A DNA stretch of 64,000 nucleotides from Gemmatimonadales bacterium (lineage in GTDB: Bacteria; Gemmatimonadota; Gemmatimonadetes; Gemmatimonadales; GWC2-71-9). The translations under genes were made by a program, and so were the position numbers. Positions 1 through 9,655 of this stretch are shown here, piece after piece. The notes under the pieces were generated by a model. The model was not told where the DNA came from and did not search any database. It saw only the letters and a program-made list of their open reading frames with translations. How positions within the stretch are numbered: position 1 is the first letter of the stretch; each line of letters begins with the position of its first letter. The DNA lies in contig JBBCJC010000002.1 of NCBI GenBank assembly GCA_037189525.1, forward strand, positions 1,152,001 through 1,216,000. The letters run 5' to 3'.

Positions 1-181
1 CGAAATCGTGCTCCAGCTCAAGGCCTCGGATCGGCACGCGGCCGCGCAGTCCATGGCCGAGTTCATGGCGGGTCAGGCCCAGCGCGGCAAGCAGGAAACC
101 GGGGTCGTGATTCCGGTCACCAGTGCCGAGGCATTCGTGCGCGGCGCGGCCGAAGCGGGTGTGCTCCGGATCGTCCACTGA
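1..181 (+). CDS. 3' end of a CDS truncated by the window edge (function unknown)
   Basis: Open frame from position 2 (EIVLQLKASDRHAAAQSMAEFMAGQ...GVLRIVH) to TGA at 179-181 with GC-rich third codon positions; absent from the ORF track. Confidence 0.7.
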   Translation, partial: EIVLQLKASDRHAAAQSMAEFMAGQAQRGKQETGVVIPVTSAEAFVRGAAEAGVLRIVH

Positions 182-214
182 GCGGCCCCAGGGGGCCGGC
201 CTGGTGGTGCCCCC

Positions 215-934
215 TCAGCGGCCCCAGATCAACACCACACCACAATCGGCATCGGCGCTGAACCCGTACTGAATCGGGATCCAGGCGACGGACGTGAACA
301 CCTCCACCGCCTCGATACTGACCACCGGATACATGTTCAGATTGGTGACCGACTGCGGCATGCCGTTGTAGAACACACCCATCGGGCACTCCTGACTGCG
401 CCGCCGCGAATACGCGGCGTATCCCTCCCACCCCCGCCGGATCTCGACGCCCCGCTCCTCGAGCAGTGAGGCCAGAGTGCGATGATGCGATTTGCGCAGC
501 AACTGTGGCGTGAGGAGCTTGGAATTGAGGGTGACGTGCCGCCGGTAGATCTCATCGAGGCGCGACTCGCCGCGGATCTTGCCGACTGCCAGAAGTGGCT
601 CGAGTTGGAGCACGGCGGCCTGCAGCGAGAGGTCCACCAGGACGCTGTCGATCGCGTCGATGGTGAGGCGAACGCCGCCGGGCTGGAAGCCGATGCGGCG
701 GACCCGGAGCGTGTACGCACCGAGCGGGAGCCGGTCGAGGCGAAATGCTCCGTCCGCATCGGTAACGGTCTTGCGGTCGAGTTCGGGGATCAGAACCTCG
801 GCGCCCTGGAGGGGCGCCCGTGTGGAATCGGCCAGGACGCGCCCCTTCACGACGGCTTGTCCGACGGCGGTGCTCAGGAGCCCGGCGGTCAGGGCGGCTG
901 AGCAGAGGAGGGTCTGGGAAACGCCCGTCCGCAT
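215..934 (-). CDS. Secreted carboxypeptidase-regulatory-like domain protein with TonB plug-like C-terminus
   Basis: Signal peptide, then VKGRVLADSTRAPLQGAEV...TDADGAFRLDRLPLGAYTLRVRRIGF; C-terminal IEAVEVF...CGVVLIW plug-like motif. Confidence 0.8.
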   Translation of the reverse strand: MRTGVSQTLLCSAALTAGLLSTAVGQAVVKGRVLADSTRAPLQGAEVLIPELDRKTVTDADGAFRLDRLPLGAYTLRVRRIGFQPGGVRLTIDAIDSVLVDLSLQAAVLQLEPLLAVGKIRGESRLDEIYRRHVTLNSKLLTPQLLRKSHHRTLASLLEERGVEIRRGWEGYAAYSRRRSQECPMGVFYNGMPQSVTNLNMYPVVSIEAVEVFTSVAWIPIQYGFSADADCGVVLIWGR

Positions 935-1008
935 GGAGGTAAGATCCGTTCGCCCCAGACTCGGCGCAAGGTTAATCCTCCCGGACCGAATCTCGTTATG
1001 TTCCCGGG

Positions 1009-3654
1009 GTGACGCTGACCGCTTTTTCTCCCGTGCTGCCCAGCGAGGGCCGCTGGACTGCCGGGGTTGTTCGCCGCCGCCTCGACAACGGCCTCACGGT
1101 CCTGGCCCAGCACGATCCCGATGCCGCCGCCGTGGCTGTCGTGATTCAGGTCAAGGCCGGCTTCTTCGACGAGCCCGATCACTGGCAAGGCATCAGCCAT
1201 GTGCTCGAGCACATGTTCTTCAAGGGTACCCCCACCCGCGGGGTCGGGCAGATTGCGGCCGAGACCAAGGGGCTGGGCGGTTATCTCAATGCCTATACCA
1301 GCTACGAGGCGACCACCTACTACGTGGTGCTGCCGGCCGACGGGTTTCGCGAGGCGCTCGCCATTCAGGCGGATGCGCTGCAGCGGGCCTCGATCGACGC
1401 CGGCGAACTCGGTCGCGAACTCCAGGTCATCATCGAAGAGGCCAAGCGGAAGCTCGACTCCCCCTCGGCGCTGACGAACGAGACGCTCAACGCGGTGCTG
1501 TTCGATCAGCACCGGATCCGGCGCTGGCGGATCGGGACCGAGGCGCAGCTGGCGGGATATGTCCGGGATGATGTCTACGGCTACTACCATGCCCGGTACG
1601 TCCCGGCCCGGACCGTCGTCTCGGTGGTGGGTGGCGTGCTGGTCGACCAGGCCATCGCGGCAGTAGCCGAGGCCTTTGGCGGGTGGGAGGCCCGACCCGG
1701 CGAGACCGAGCGGTCGCCGGGTGAAACCGAACGCGACGGGGTTCGTGTCCGCACCTTGCGCGGCGACGTCAAGCAGGCCGAGCTGGCGTTGGGCTGGCGC
1801 GGAGCGCCGGAACTGAGCGACGATGCACCGGCCCTCGACCTTGCCGCCATGGTGCTCACCTCCGGACGCGGGAGCTGGCTCTATCGGCGGCTCCGGCAAC
1901 CGGGCCTGGTAACGGCGGTGGGCGCATCGCATTACAGCGCCTCGGATATCGGCGTCTTCTCCATCGATGCCGAGCTGCCGGTCGACCGGATCGCCGAGGT
2001 GGTCGACCAGGTGGCGGCGCTGGTGCGCCGGCTCGCCGAAGCCGGTCCGACCGATGCGGACCTGGCGCGCGCCAAGACGCTGCTCGCCTCGCGGATGGCG
2101 CGCCGGCACGAGTCGGTCGATGGCCGCGCTACCGCCTTTGCCACGGCAGAATCGTTTGGCGGGCTCGAACAGCTGGACCGCGACTACGAGCGGCTGATGG
2201 CGGTCACGGCGGACCAGGTGCGGGACGTCGCGTCCCGCTACCTGCGCCCGTCCCGGGTCGCCGCGGTGGCGTACCTGCCGCACGGCGAGGGCGCCGACCT
2301 GGTTGCTGCGGACATCGAGGCGGCCTTTGCCGGCGTGTCCGCGGGCGACCCCGTTCTGGTCCCTCAACCGGCCGATCGCCCGCTGCCGGCGCCGCGACCG
2401 GTTCGGGGCCGGGAACGGCACGGCGTGCTGCATGTCGCGTTGCCCGGCGCCGATCTGTTGCTCCGTCGCAAGGCAACCGTGCCGCTGGTCACGGCAGGCA
2501 TCTATCGGCATCGGGTCGGCGAGGAAACGGCCGCTGATGCGGGTATGGCGGCGCTGGTACTCCGCTCGGCGGTGCGCGGGGCGGCCGGCTTCGACGCGGC
2601 GGACCTGGCCGCCATGTTCGAAGCCTGGGGCGGAACGTTGGGCCAGACGATCGGCGCCGATTGGCTCGGCGTCGGCGTCTCGGTCCTGCCCGATGCAACG
2701 GACCAGGCGGCCCGGTTGCTGCGCGATGTGTTCTGGCATCCGACCTTTGCCGCGGACGATGTGGAACGTGAACGCGACGCGCTGATCCGCGAGGCGGTCC
2801 AGGCTGGCGACGACATGTTCCGCCGGCCGATCGACCTGGCACTGGCCGCGGCGTTCGGCGATCGCGGCTATGGCCTGCCGCTCAAGGGGTCGGTCGAGTC
2901 GCTCGGCGCCATGGACGCGGCCTCCCTGCGCGGCTGGCACGACCGGGAATTTGCCGCGGGGCGCCCGCTGGTACTCGCTGTCGGCAGCCTCGACCCGGAG
3001 GCCGTGGCCGACCGTCTGGCGGGCGTCTTTCACGATCTCCCCGCGCGAGATACCGAGAGGGGGCGGCCGGCCGTCGCCCTGTCCGGAGCGAGCGGTCTTC
3101 GCCATCGGGTCGAGACGCGCAACAAAGCGCAGACCGCGCTGGCCATGGTCTTTCCCGGACCGAGTGCCACGGACCACGATCGCTACGCCGCCGAGGTCCT
3201 GGCGGCCGTGGCGAGCGGGCTCGGCGGCCGGCTCTTTCATCGGCTCCGGGAGGAGCGTTCGCTCGCCTACACGGTGATGATGTCCAGCTGGCAGCGCGCC
3301 CGGGCCGGCGCGCTGGTCACCTACATCGCCACCTCACCGTCGCGGGAAGAGGAAGCGCGCGACGCGATGCTGGCCGAGCTGGCGCGCTTCCGCGAGGAGC
3401 TGATCAGCGAGGCCGAGCACGCGCGGGCCGTCAACTATCTCGCGGGGCAGGCCCTGGTGCAGCGCCAGACGGCGGGTGCGCTGGCCGGGGAGATCGTCCA
3501 TGCCTGGCTGGTGGAGCGGAACCTCGATGCGCTCGACGATCCTGCCGCGCCCTACCGCGCCGTGACGCCCGAAGCGGTCCGGGCGCTGGCGGCTCGCTGC
3601 CTGGTCGTCGATGAGCGCGCCGAAGGGGTGGTGCGCGGAGGGCAGGGGGGATGA
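1009..3654 (+). CDS. M16 family zinc peptidase (pitrilysin/PqqL-like, fused halves)
   Basis: LDNGL start, inverted zincin HVLEH motif, NAYTS motif, C-terminal RLFHRLREERSLAY. Confidence 0.92.
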   Translation: MTLTAFSPVLPSEGRWTAGVVRRRLDNGLTVLAQHDPDAAAVAVVIQVKAGFFDEPDHWQGISHVLEHMFFKGTPTRGVGQIAAETKGLGGYLNAYTSYEATTYYVVLPADGFREALAIQADALQRASIDAGELGRELQVIIEEAKRKLDSPSALTNETLNAVLFDQHRIRRWRIGTEAQLAGYVRDDVYGYYHARYVPARTVVSVVGGVLVDQAIAAVAEAFGGWEARPGETERSPGETERDGVRVRTLRGDVKQAELALGWRGAPELSDDAPALDLAAMVLTSGRGSWLYRRLRQPGLVTAVGASHYSASDIGVFSIDAELPVDRIAEVVDQVAALVRRLAEAGPTDADLARAKTLLASRMARRHESVDGRATAFATAESFGGLEQLDRDYERLMAVTADQVRDVASRYLRPSRVAAVAYLPHGEGADLVAADIEAAFAGVSAGDPVLVPQPADRPLPAPRPVRGRERHGVLHVALPGADLLLRRKATVPLVTAGIYRHRVGEETAADAGMAALVLRSAVRGAAGFDAADLAAMFEAWGGTLGQTIGADWLGVGVSVLPDATDQAARLLRDVFWHPTFAADDVERERDALIREAVQAGDDMFRRPIDLALAAAFGDRGYGLPLKGSVESLGAMDAASLRGWHDREFAAGRPLVLAVGSLDPEAVADRLAGVFHDLPARDTERGRPAVALSGASGLRHRVETRNKAQTALAMVFPGPSATDHDRYAAEVLAAVASGLGGRLFHRLREERSLAYTVMMSSWQRARAGALVTYIATSPSREEEARDAMLAELARFREELISEAEHARAVNYLAGQALVQRQTAGALAGEIVHAWLVERNLDALDDPAAPYRAVTPEAVRALAARCLVVDERAEGVVRGGQGG

Positions 3655-4187
3655 GCGCCCCCAGCGAGGGGCCGGGGCTGTCCACCCGGTGGACCGTCGC
3701 GGATCTGCTCACCTTTTCGCGATTCCCCCTGGCGATCATGTTCCTGCTCGTGCCATCGGCGGGGTGGCGGATCGCCATTCTCTGCGTGGCTGGCATGACG
3801 GACCTGATCGACGGCTGGGCCGCCCGCCGCTGGGGCAGTTCCCGGCTCGGCGTGTTCCTCGATCCCGTGGCCGACAAGGTCTTCGCGGGGGTGGCGTTCG
3901 GGGTGGTGCTGTTTGCCGGCGCGCTCCGCCCCTGGGAAATCGCGGCGGTGCTGTTGCGTGACATCGTCGCGACGGTGGGGTTCCTGATCACCGTGGTGCG
4001 TCGCAAGCCGGTGTCCATTCCGGCCCGGATATCGGGCAAGATCGTCACGGGGTGTCAACTGGCCACGCTACTGGCCTTCCTGCTCGAGTCGTCGTGGCTC
4101 AGGCCGCTGGCGTGGCTCACCGGGCTCGCGGCGCTGTACGCGATTGCCGATTATACCTACGGGCGTCACGAAGCACGGGCGCTGTAG
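3651..4187 (+). CDS. CDP-alcohol phosphatidyltransferase (PgsA-like)
   Basis: Family motif DLIDGWAAR...G..LDPVADK; hydrophobic; ATGA overlap with the upstream gene. Confidence 0.9.
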   Translation: MSAPSEGPGLSTRWTVADLLTFSRFPLAIMFLLVPSAGWRIAILCVAGMTDLIDGWAARRWGSSRLGVFLDPVADKVFAGVAFGVVLFAGALRPWEIAAVLLRDIVATVGFLITVVRRKPVSIPARISGKIVTGCQLATLLAFLLESSWLRPLAWLTGLAALYAIADYTYGRHEARAL

Positions 4188-4222
4188 CGGTCCTCACTTC
4201 ATTCACACATTCGAGTTTTTCC

Positions 4223-4633
4223 ATGAGCAACAATATCCGGACGGTGACGGTCGATTGGGTCGGGGGCATGCGGTTTCAAGGCGGTCCGCCGGACGGCCCG
4301 CAAGCCATGGTCGATGCGGATACCGCCGTTGCGCCGGGCCCGATGCACCTGCTGCTCATCGCGGCGGTGGGCTGTGCCGGGGCCGACATCGTCTCGATCC
4401 TCGAAAAGATGCAGGTCAAGCTCACCAAGCTGCGAACGGAAGCGATTGGGACGCGGGCCGAGGATCATCCGCGGAAATACGTCGGCATCACGTTGCGCTT
4501 CACGATGGCGGGCGAAGGACTCGATCGGAACAAGGCGGAGCGGGCCGTCGCGCTTTCGGTGACCAAGTACTGCTCCGTGCTCCTGTCGCTCGATCCGGCC
4601 ACGCCCGTCACTACTGAGATCGTCATCGAGTGA
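4223..4633 (+). CDS. OsmC family protein
   Basis: GPMHLLL..AVGCAGAD and LSVTKYCSV two-Cys OsmC/YhfA motifs; start moved to ATG 4223. Confidence 0.9.
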   Translation: MSNNIRTVTVDWVGGMRFQGGPPDGPQAMVDADTAVAPGPMHLLLIAAVGCAGADIVSILEKMQVKLTKLRTEAIGTRAEDHPRKYVGITLRFTMAGEGLDRNKAERAVALSVTKYCSVLLSLDPATPVTTEIVIE

Positions 4634-5136
4634 TCCGGGTCGGGCCGCTAGTCGTGCTCCTGCTCGGGCTTGGGGTGATGGAGGCTCGGGCACAGGGTCG
4701 CTGGGTTGTCGGGGTCGATCTGGTCGGATTGGCCTCTGATCCGGTTTTCGGGGGTGCGGGAGCGGTGCTGGGGCGCGAGATCAGCCGGGACCTGACCCTG
4801 GTGGGGCGGGGGATGGCCGGCCGGCAGGATGGCGAAACCGTGGGCCGGGGGGAGCTGACCCTCGAGTTCCGGTTTCCCGAACCCAATCGCCGGCGGCCGG
4901 TTCCCTATCTGGGGGTCGGTGTGGCGGGGACTACCGGGCCGCGTTCGGGGCCGTACCTCGTCGCCACGGCGGGACTCGACATTCCGGGGTCCGGTCGAGG
5001 GCGCTGGGCTCTGGAGGCCGGGGTGGCGGGCGGAGTACGGGCCGCTGTGGGGTATCGGTATTTCCTCGGGGGCCGGAAACGACGAACGGCCGCTCGACGC
5101 GGCCGTTCGTTCCGATCGGGCGACCCGAACGGCTGA
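4630..5136 (+). CDS. Secreted hypothetical protein, probable small outer-membrane beta-barrel
   Basis: Signal peptide ending ARA|Q; alternating beta strands (PYLGVGVAG, AAVGYRYF); GTGA overlap. Confidence 0.6.
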   Translation: MIRVGPLVVLLLGLGVMEARAQGRWVVGVDLVGLASDPVFGGAGAVLGREISRDLTLVGRGMAGRQDGETVGRGELTLEFRFPEPNRRRPVPYLGVGVAGTTGPRSGPYLVATAGLDIPGSGRGRWALEAGVAGGVRAAVGYRYFLGGRKRRTAARRGRSFRSGDPNG

Positions 5137-5143
5137 TCGCGGA

Positions 5144-5422
5144 TTACTCCGCGCTCGAGCCGGCGACCTCGGGCTTGCGCGTCACCGGGCGGCAGAACCG
5201 CTCGCCGAGTGTCCGCACCTGCCCCAACTGGTCTTCCTCGAGGTCGGGATACCGCTCCGCGAGATACTGCATCGTGTCGTCCAGCCACTCTTTCTGCTGC
5301 TCAAACTCGGCCTCGATCACGCCGCATCGGAGGATGTGGCTGAAGAGCTCGTCACGTGCCTGGTCGAGAGTAGTGGGGACCGCAGCGGTTCTCGTGAAGG
5401 GTTTCTTTTGTTGTCTGGCCAT
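5144..5422 (-). CDS. Small hypothetical protein (92 aa)
   Basis: Good codon usage, GGGAAGG SD-like sequence, plausible helical protein (LDQARDELFSHILRCGV). Confidence 0.75.
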   Translation of the reverse strand: MARQQKKPFTRTAAVPTTLDQARDELFSHILRCGVIEAEFEQQKEWLDDTMQYLAERYPDLEEDQLGQVRTLGERFCRPVTRKPEVAGSSAE

Positions 5423-5654
5423 TGACCTTCCCTTGAAGAGCTAGGGATCCTCGGTGTCCGGGAACCGGACACGGGCTCCGTATCCCGAGAAATATAGCGC
5501 GGGGAGGGGTGTTGAGCCAAGGGACCGCCCTGTAACCGCCATCCCGACCTGTTAGCTTTGGGCGGCGCGAAATCGCCGGCTCGCAGGGCGCCGTTGGGCG
5601 GCGCCGGGCGGCGGGCCAGACCTCTCCGACTTTCCGAACGAGGACGACAGAGCC

Positions 5655-6365
5655 ATGGCAGCAGATTCCCGAACGGGTAAGAAGAAAGCCGCAGCGCCGG
5701 CGCCGACGCGATCCTACGCCTTGATCGGTGTACTCGCCCTGGCGGGCATTGCCGTGCTTGCGTACCTGGTGACGCGGCCGAAAAATGTCAGCATTCCGGC
5801 CAACGTCGAAGTGCTGGCTGCGGATACGGCCGGCTTCCGGGGCTATCTGCTCGGTTCGGAAACGGCGCCGGTCGAAATCAGCGAGTACGCCGACTTCCAG
5901 TGCCCGGCCTGCCAGACGTTCGAGTTGATCCAGTTCCATGCCGTCAAGCGGCAGCTGATCGACCAGGGCCTGGTGCGCTGGCGCTATCGCGACTTCCCGC
6001 TGGCGCAGCACCGGCATGCCCGGCTGGCGGCGCATGCGGCGGCCTGCGCCAACGACCAGGGCAAGTATTGGGAACTGCACAACACGATCTACCACAACCA
6101 GGCCAGCTGGGCCATGGTGGCCTCGGCAACCGGCATCTTCCGCGATTATGCGCGCCAGGCGGGAGTGGATGTCGCGGCGTACGACGAATGCATGGAGTCC
6201 GCCCGGTATGCCGGCCGGATCCAGGCCAGTCTCGATGAGGGCCTCGCGCTGGGCGTCGGCTCGACGCCGACCTTCCTGATCAACGGTCGCCTCTATCCCG
6301 GCGTGCTCTCGTCCGACAGCATCGCCTCGATCGTTCGCGGACTCGTCCCGGCGCCGACGCCATGA
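5655..6365 (+). CDS. DsbA/BdbD-like thioredoxin-fold protein, membrane anchored
   Basis: EYADFQCPAC, YRDFPL and GVGSTPTFLING motifs; N-terminal TM helix. Confidence 0.92.
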   Translation: MAADSRTGKKKAAAPAPTRSYALIGVLALAGIAVLAYLVTRPKNVSIPANVEVLAADTAGFRGYLLGSETAPVEISEYADFQCPACQTFELIQFHAVKRQLIDQGLVRWRYRDFPLAQHRHARLAAHAAACANDQGKYWELHNTIYHNQASWAMVASATGIFRDYARQAGVDVAAYDECMESARYAGRIQASLDEGLALGVGSTPTFLINGRLYPGVLSSDSIASIVRGLVPAPTP

Positions 6366-6802
6366 ATCGCCGGCTGGCCATCGCCCTCTTGGCGCTGGCC
6401 GGGGTCTTCATCGCGAGCTATCTCCATCTCTTCAAGCTGGGGATGATCGGGACGATTGCGTGCGGCACCGGCGGGTGTGATACGGTGCAGCTGTCGCCGC
6501 AGAGCTATTTTCTCGGGGTCGATGTGGCCCTGATCGGGGTACTGGGGTATGTCGCATTGCTGGGCCTCGCGCTGCTGGCGCTCTTGCCCAGGTTTGCCGG
6601 GGCGAGCTGGCCGGTGACGGCACTCGTGCTGCTGTCCACCGGAGCCGTCGGCTTCACGGCCTACCTCAAGTACCTCGAGTTTTTCGTGATCGGCGCGGTC
6701 TGCCGCTGGTGCGTCGGATCCGCCGTCATCATTGCGTTGCTGTTCATTCTCGCCGTGCTCGAATGGAGAGAGGGGCGACTGCAGCAGCATGAGCCAGTCT
6801 GA
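6362..6802 (+). CDS. Vitamin K epoxide reductase (VKOR) family protein
   Basis: CGTGGCDTV..S loop cysteines, CRWC redox motif, four TM helices. Confidence 0.92.
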   Translation: MNRRLAIALLALAGVFIASYLHLFKLGMIGTIACGTGGCDTVQLSPQSYFLGVDVALIGVLGYVALLGLALLALLPRFAGASWPVTALVLLSTGAVGFTAYLKYLEFFVIGAVCRWCVGSAVIIALLFILAVLEWREGRLQQHEPV

Positions 6803-8729
6803 GGGTAGCGTACCTCACATAGGTCACCACCACGAACCGCCCCGCGGAAAAGCGCTGTTTGTCCTGTCGTTTTCCGCGCTGGGCGTCGTGTTCGGCGACA
6901 TCGGCACCAGCCCGCTCTACGCACTCAAAGAATGCTTTCGCGGCCCCTACGGGGTGCCGCTCTCCCCGGAAAATGTGCTGGGTGTGCTCTCGCTCATTTT
7001 CTGGAGCCTGAACATCCTCATCTCGTTCAAGTATCTCGCGCACATGCTCCGCGCCGACAACCGCGGCGAGGGCGGCGTCATCGCGCTCCTCGCGCTGGTC
7101 AAGCCGGAGGGGAAGGAACGGTTCGGACGCTGGCTGCTGGTGGCGTTCGGCCTCTTCGGCGCCACCATGCTCTATGGCGACGGCGCCATTACGCCGGCCA
7201 TCTCGGTGCTGAGCGCCGTCGATGGCCTTGCCGTGGCGTCGGACAAGCTCGAGCCGTTCGTGCTCTGGATTTCCCTCGCGATCATCGTCGGTCTGTTCTC
7301 GGTCCAGCGGCGCGGGACCAGCTTCGTCGGATCGTTCTTCGGCGCGATCACCATCGTCTGGTTCTTCAGCATTGCCCTGCTGGGTATTCGCGGCATTCTG
7401 CTCGAGCCCGGCGTGCTGGTGGCCATGAGTCCGCATCACGCCGTCGCGTTTTTCCTCCGGGATCCCGGGGTGGCGTTCATGGTGCTCGCCGCCGTCGTGC
7501 TGGTCGTGACGGGCGGCGAAGCGCTCTACGCCGACATGGGGCACTTCGGCCGGCGCCCGATTCGGGTGGCGTGGCTCTGCGTCGTGCTGCCCGCGCTGGT
7601 GCTCAATTACTTCGGCCAGGGCGCGCTCCTGCTCAGCAACCCGAGCGCGATCATCAATCCGTTCTATGAGCTGGTGCCGGCGTGGGCGCTCTATCCCATG
7701 ACCGGTATCGCGACCGCTGCCGCCGTCAGCGCGTCGCAGGCGCTCATCTCGGGGTCGTTCTCCCTGACCCAGCAGGCCATGCAACTCGGCTATGTGCCGC
7801 GGCTCCAGATCCTCCACACGTCCCGGTCGCAGATCGGACAGATCTATATCCCGGCCGTCAACTGGACCCTGATGGTGGTCTGTGTTCTGTTGGTGCTGGG
7901 CTTCCGCGACGCCGACAGTCTGGCCGGCACTTATGGCGTGGCCGTGACCATGACCATGATGACGAGCACGCTGCTCTTCTGTGCCATTGCGGGCCATCGC
8001 TTCGGCTGGAATCGCCTGCAGGTTGCCGCGTTCGGCATAGGGCTCTTGCTGATCGAAGGGACCTTCCTGGCGGCCAACCTGACCAAGGTGCCGCACGGCG
8101 GTTGGGTTCCGCTCGGGATCGGTATCGGGGTTTTCACGATGATGACGACGTGGCGCCGCGGCCGAGCGTTGCTCAATGCCAAGCTGCGCGAAGGGGCGAT
8201 GCCGCTCGATCTGTTGATCTCGGATGTGGGTGACAAGCTGCCGCGCGTGAGCGGCACGGCCGTCTTCATGACTTCGGACCCGACCGGCGCGCCGCCGGTG
8301 CTGCTGCATCACCTCAAGCACAACAAGGTGCTCCACGAACGGGTCATCCTGATGTCGATCGTGAACCATCTGGTGCCGCAGATGGAGCCGGACGAGCGGG
8401 TCGAGATAACCAAGCTCGATCACGGATTCTTCGTGGTCCGGGTCCACTACGGGTTCATGGAAACACCCGACATGCCCGCCATCGTCGAGATGCTGGCTGC
8501 GCACGACATGAAACTGAAGATTCGTGATACCAGCTTCTACCTGGGCCGGGAAACCATCATTCCCGCCAAGCATCAGCCCGGCAGCAAGCCCGGCTGGTTC
8601 GACGGGCGGATGACGACCTGGCGGAAGCGTCTGTTCGTCGTGATGGCCAACAACGCGCGTCCCGCGACGGCCTTCTTCAATCTGCCGCCCAACCGGGTGG
8701 TGGAGATGGGCGCCCAGATTCAGATCTGA
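6789..8729 (+). CDS. kup: KUP/HAK/KT potassium transporter
   Basis: GVVFGDIGTSPLYA signature, GEALYADMGHFG, C-terminal NRVVEMGAQI. Confidence 0.96.
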   Translation: MSQSEGSVPHIGHHHEPPRGKALFVLSFSALGVVFGDIGTSPLYALKECFRGPYGVPLSPENVLGVLSLIFWSLNILISFKYLAHMLRADNRGEGGVIALLALVKPEGKERFGRWLLVAFGLFGATMLYGDGAITPAISVLSAVDGLAVASDKLEPFVLWISLAIIVGLFSVQRRGTSFVGSFFGAITIVWFFSIALLGIRGILLEPGVLVAMSPHHAVAFFLRDPGVAFMVLAAVVLVVTGGEALYADMGHFGRRPIRVAWLCVVLPALVLNYFGQGALLLSNPSAIINPFYELVPAWALYPMTGIATAAAVSASQALISGSFSLTQQAMQLGYVPRLQILHTSRSQIGQIYIPAVNWTLMVVCVLLVLGFRDADSLAGTYGVAVTMTMMTSTLLFCAIAGHRFGWNRLQVAAFGIGLLLIEGTFLAANLTKVPHGGWVPLGIGIGVFTMMTTWRRGRALLNAKLREGAMPLDLLISDVGDKLPRVSGTAVFMTSDPTGAPPVLLHHLKHNKVLHERVILMSIVNHLVPQMEPDERVEITKLDHGFFVVRVHYGFMETPDMPAIVEMLAAHDMKLKIRDTSFYLGRETIIPAKHQPGSKPGWFDGRMTTWRKRLFVVMANNARPATAFFNLPPNRVVEMGAQIQI

Positions 8730-8782
8730 GACGGCGGCCTGGAGACGTGTTAGCTTCGGAGTGACTTGCACTCGAGGTTGCC

Positions 8783-9565
8783 ATGCGCCGTCCGATTGCT
8801 TCGCTTCGCTGGCTGGCCGTATTCGCTCCACTCGCCACTGCCATGGCGCAAACCCCGCCGGGCTCAGCGCACCAACCGGCCGCGCATGCCGCCAATTGGG
8901 ACCAGGTCGAAGGGGTCTATTTTCGGTCTGCCTCGAGCTACGGTGTCGGGGGCATGGTCACCATCGATTACCGGCCGCTGGTCTTCTTTCGCGACGGCAG
9001 CTACTACGAGGTCGAAGGCGAGGCGCTGGAGGACGTGGACCTGGGCGAGAGCAAGCGCAAGAGTCCGAAGCGCTGGGGCCGCTGGTCCAAGGTGGCCGAG
9101 GGATTCACGCTCACCAACGCCGAAGGCCGCTCGTCGGAGATGAAGCTGCAGCGCGGCAACTTTTTCGTGGCGTTTCCGGGAAACGCCAACGAGGGCCGGC
9201 TGGACGGGAGGTTCCGACGCATCGCCGGCGTCGGCAACACCGCCACGGGGGGCGGCGTAATGATCTCCGCGCGCACCAATCTCGACTTCACGCCCGATGG
9301 GGGGTATTCCCGGGAGGCCAGCGCGGGGGCATCCAGTTCCGGCTCCGACGTGGGCGGCGACCGGAGCGGGGTCAGTACGACGGTGCGCAGCAAGAGCCAG
9401 AGCGGCCCCGGTCGCTACACCATCGATCACCACACCATCACGCTGATCGATGCCGAGGGCCGCACAGAGCGGCGGTTCTTTGCTTTCGGCTCGAAGCAGT
9501 CGCCGCCGCAGTTGGAGACCGGTCTGATTTTCGTCGGCAATCTGGTCTTCAGCCGTCGACGCTGA
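8783..9565 (+). CDS. Secreted hypothetical protein with an internal duplicated beta domain
   Basis: Signal peptide AMA|Q; repeats LVFFRDGSY/LDFTPDGGY and TLTNAEGR/TLIDAEGR. Confidence 0.75.
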   Translation: MRRPIASLRWLAVFAPLATAMAQTPPGSAHQPAAHAANWDQVEGVYFRSASSYGVGGMVTIDYRPLVFFRDGSYYEVEGEALEDVDLGESKRKSPKRWGRWSKVAEGFTLTNAEGRSSEMKLQRGNFFVAFPGNANEGRLDGRFRRIAGVGNTATGGGVMISARTNLDFTPDGGYSREASAGASSSGSDVGGDRSGVSTTVRSKSQSGPGRYTIDHHTITLIDAEGRTERRFFAFGSKQSPPQLETGLIFVGNLVFSRRR

Positions 9566-9655
9566 GCGCGAAGAAGCCGTCCCGGGGCACCGGAATGGTG
9601 TCGCTACTTAGGCACAGCTATCGACGGATTCGGGGCCGCCGCGTGCTACCGCGCC

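Noticed and set aside
889..3240. Long antisense and alternate-frame ORFs (here, and at 6744-8831, 20494-22158, 25546-27324, 34629-36347, 36515-38368)
   Set aside because: Shadow ORFs expected in high-GC DNA opposite well-supported genes; no recognisable motifs.
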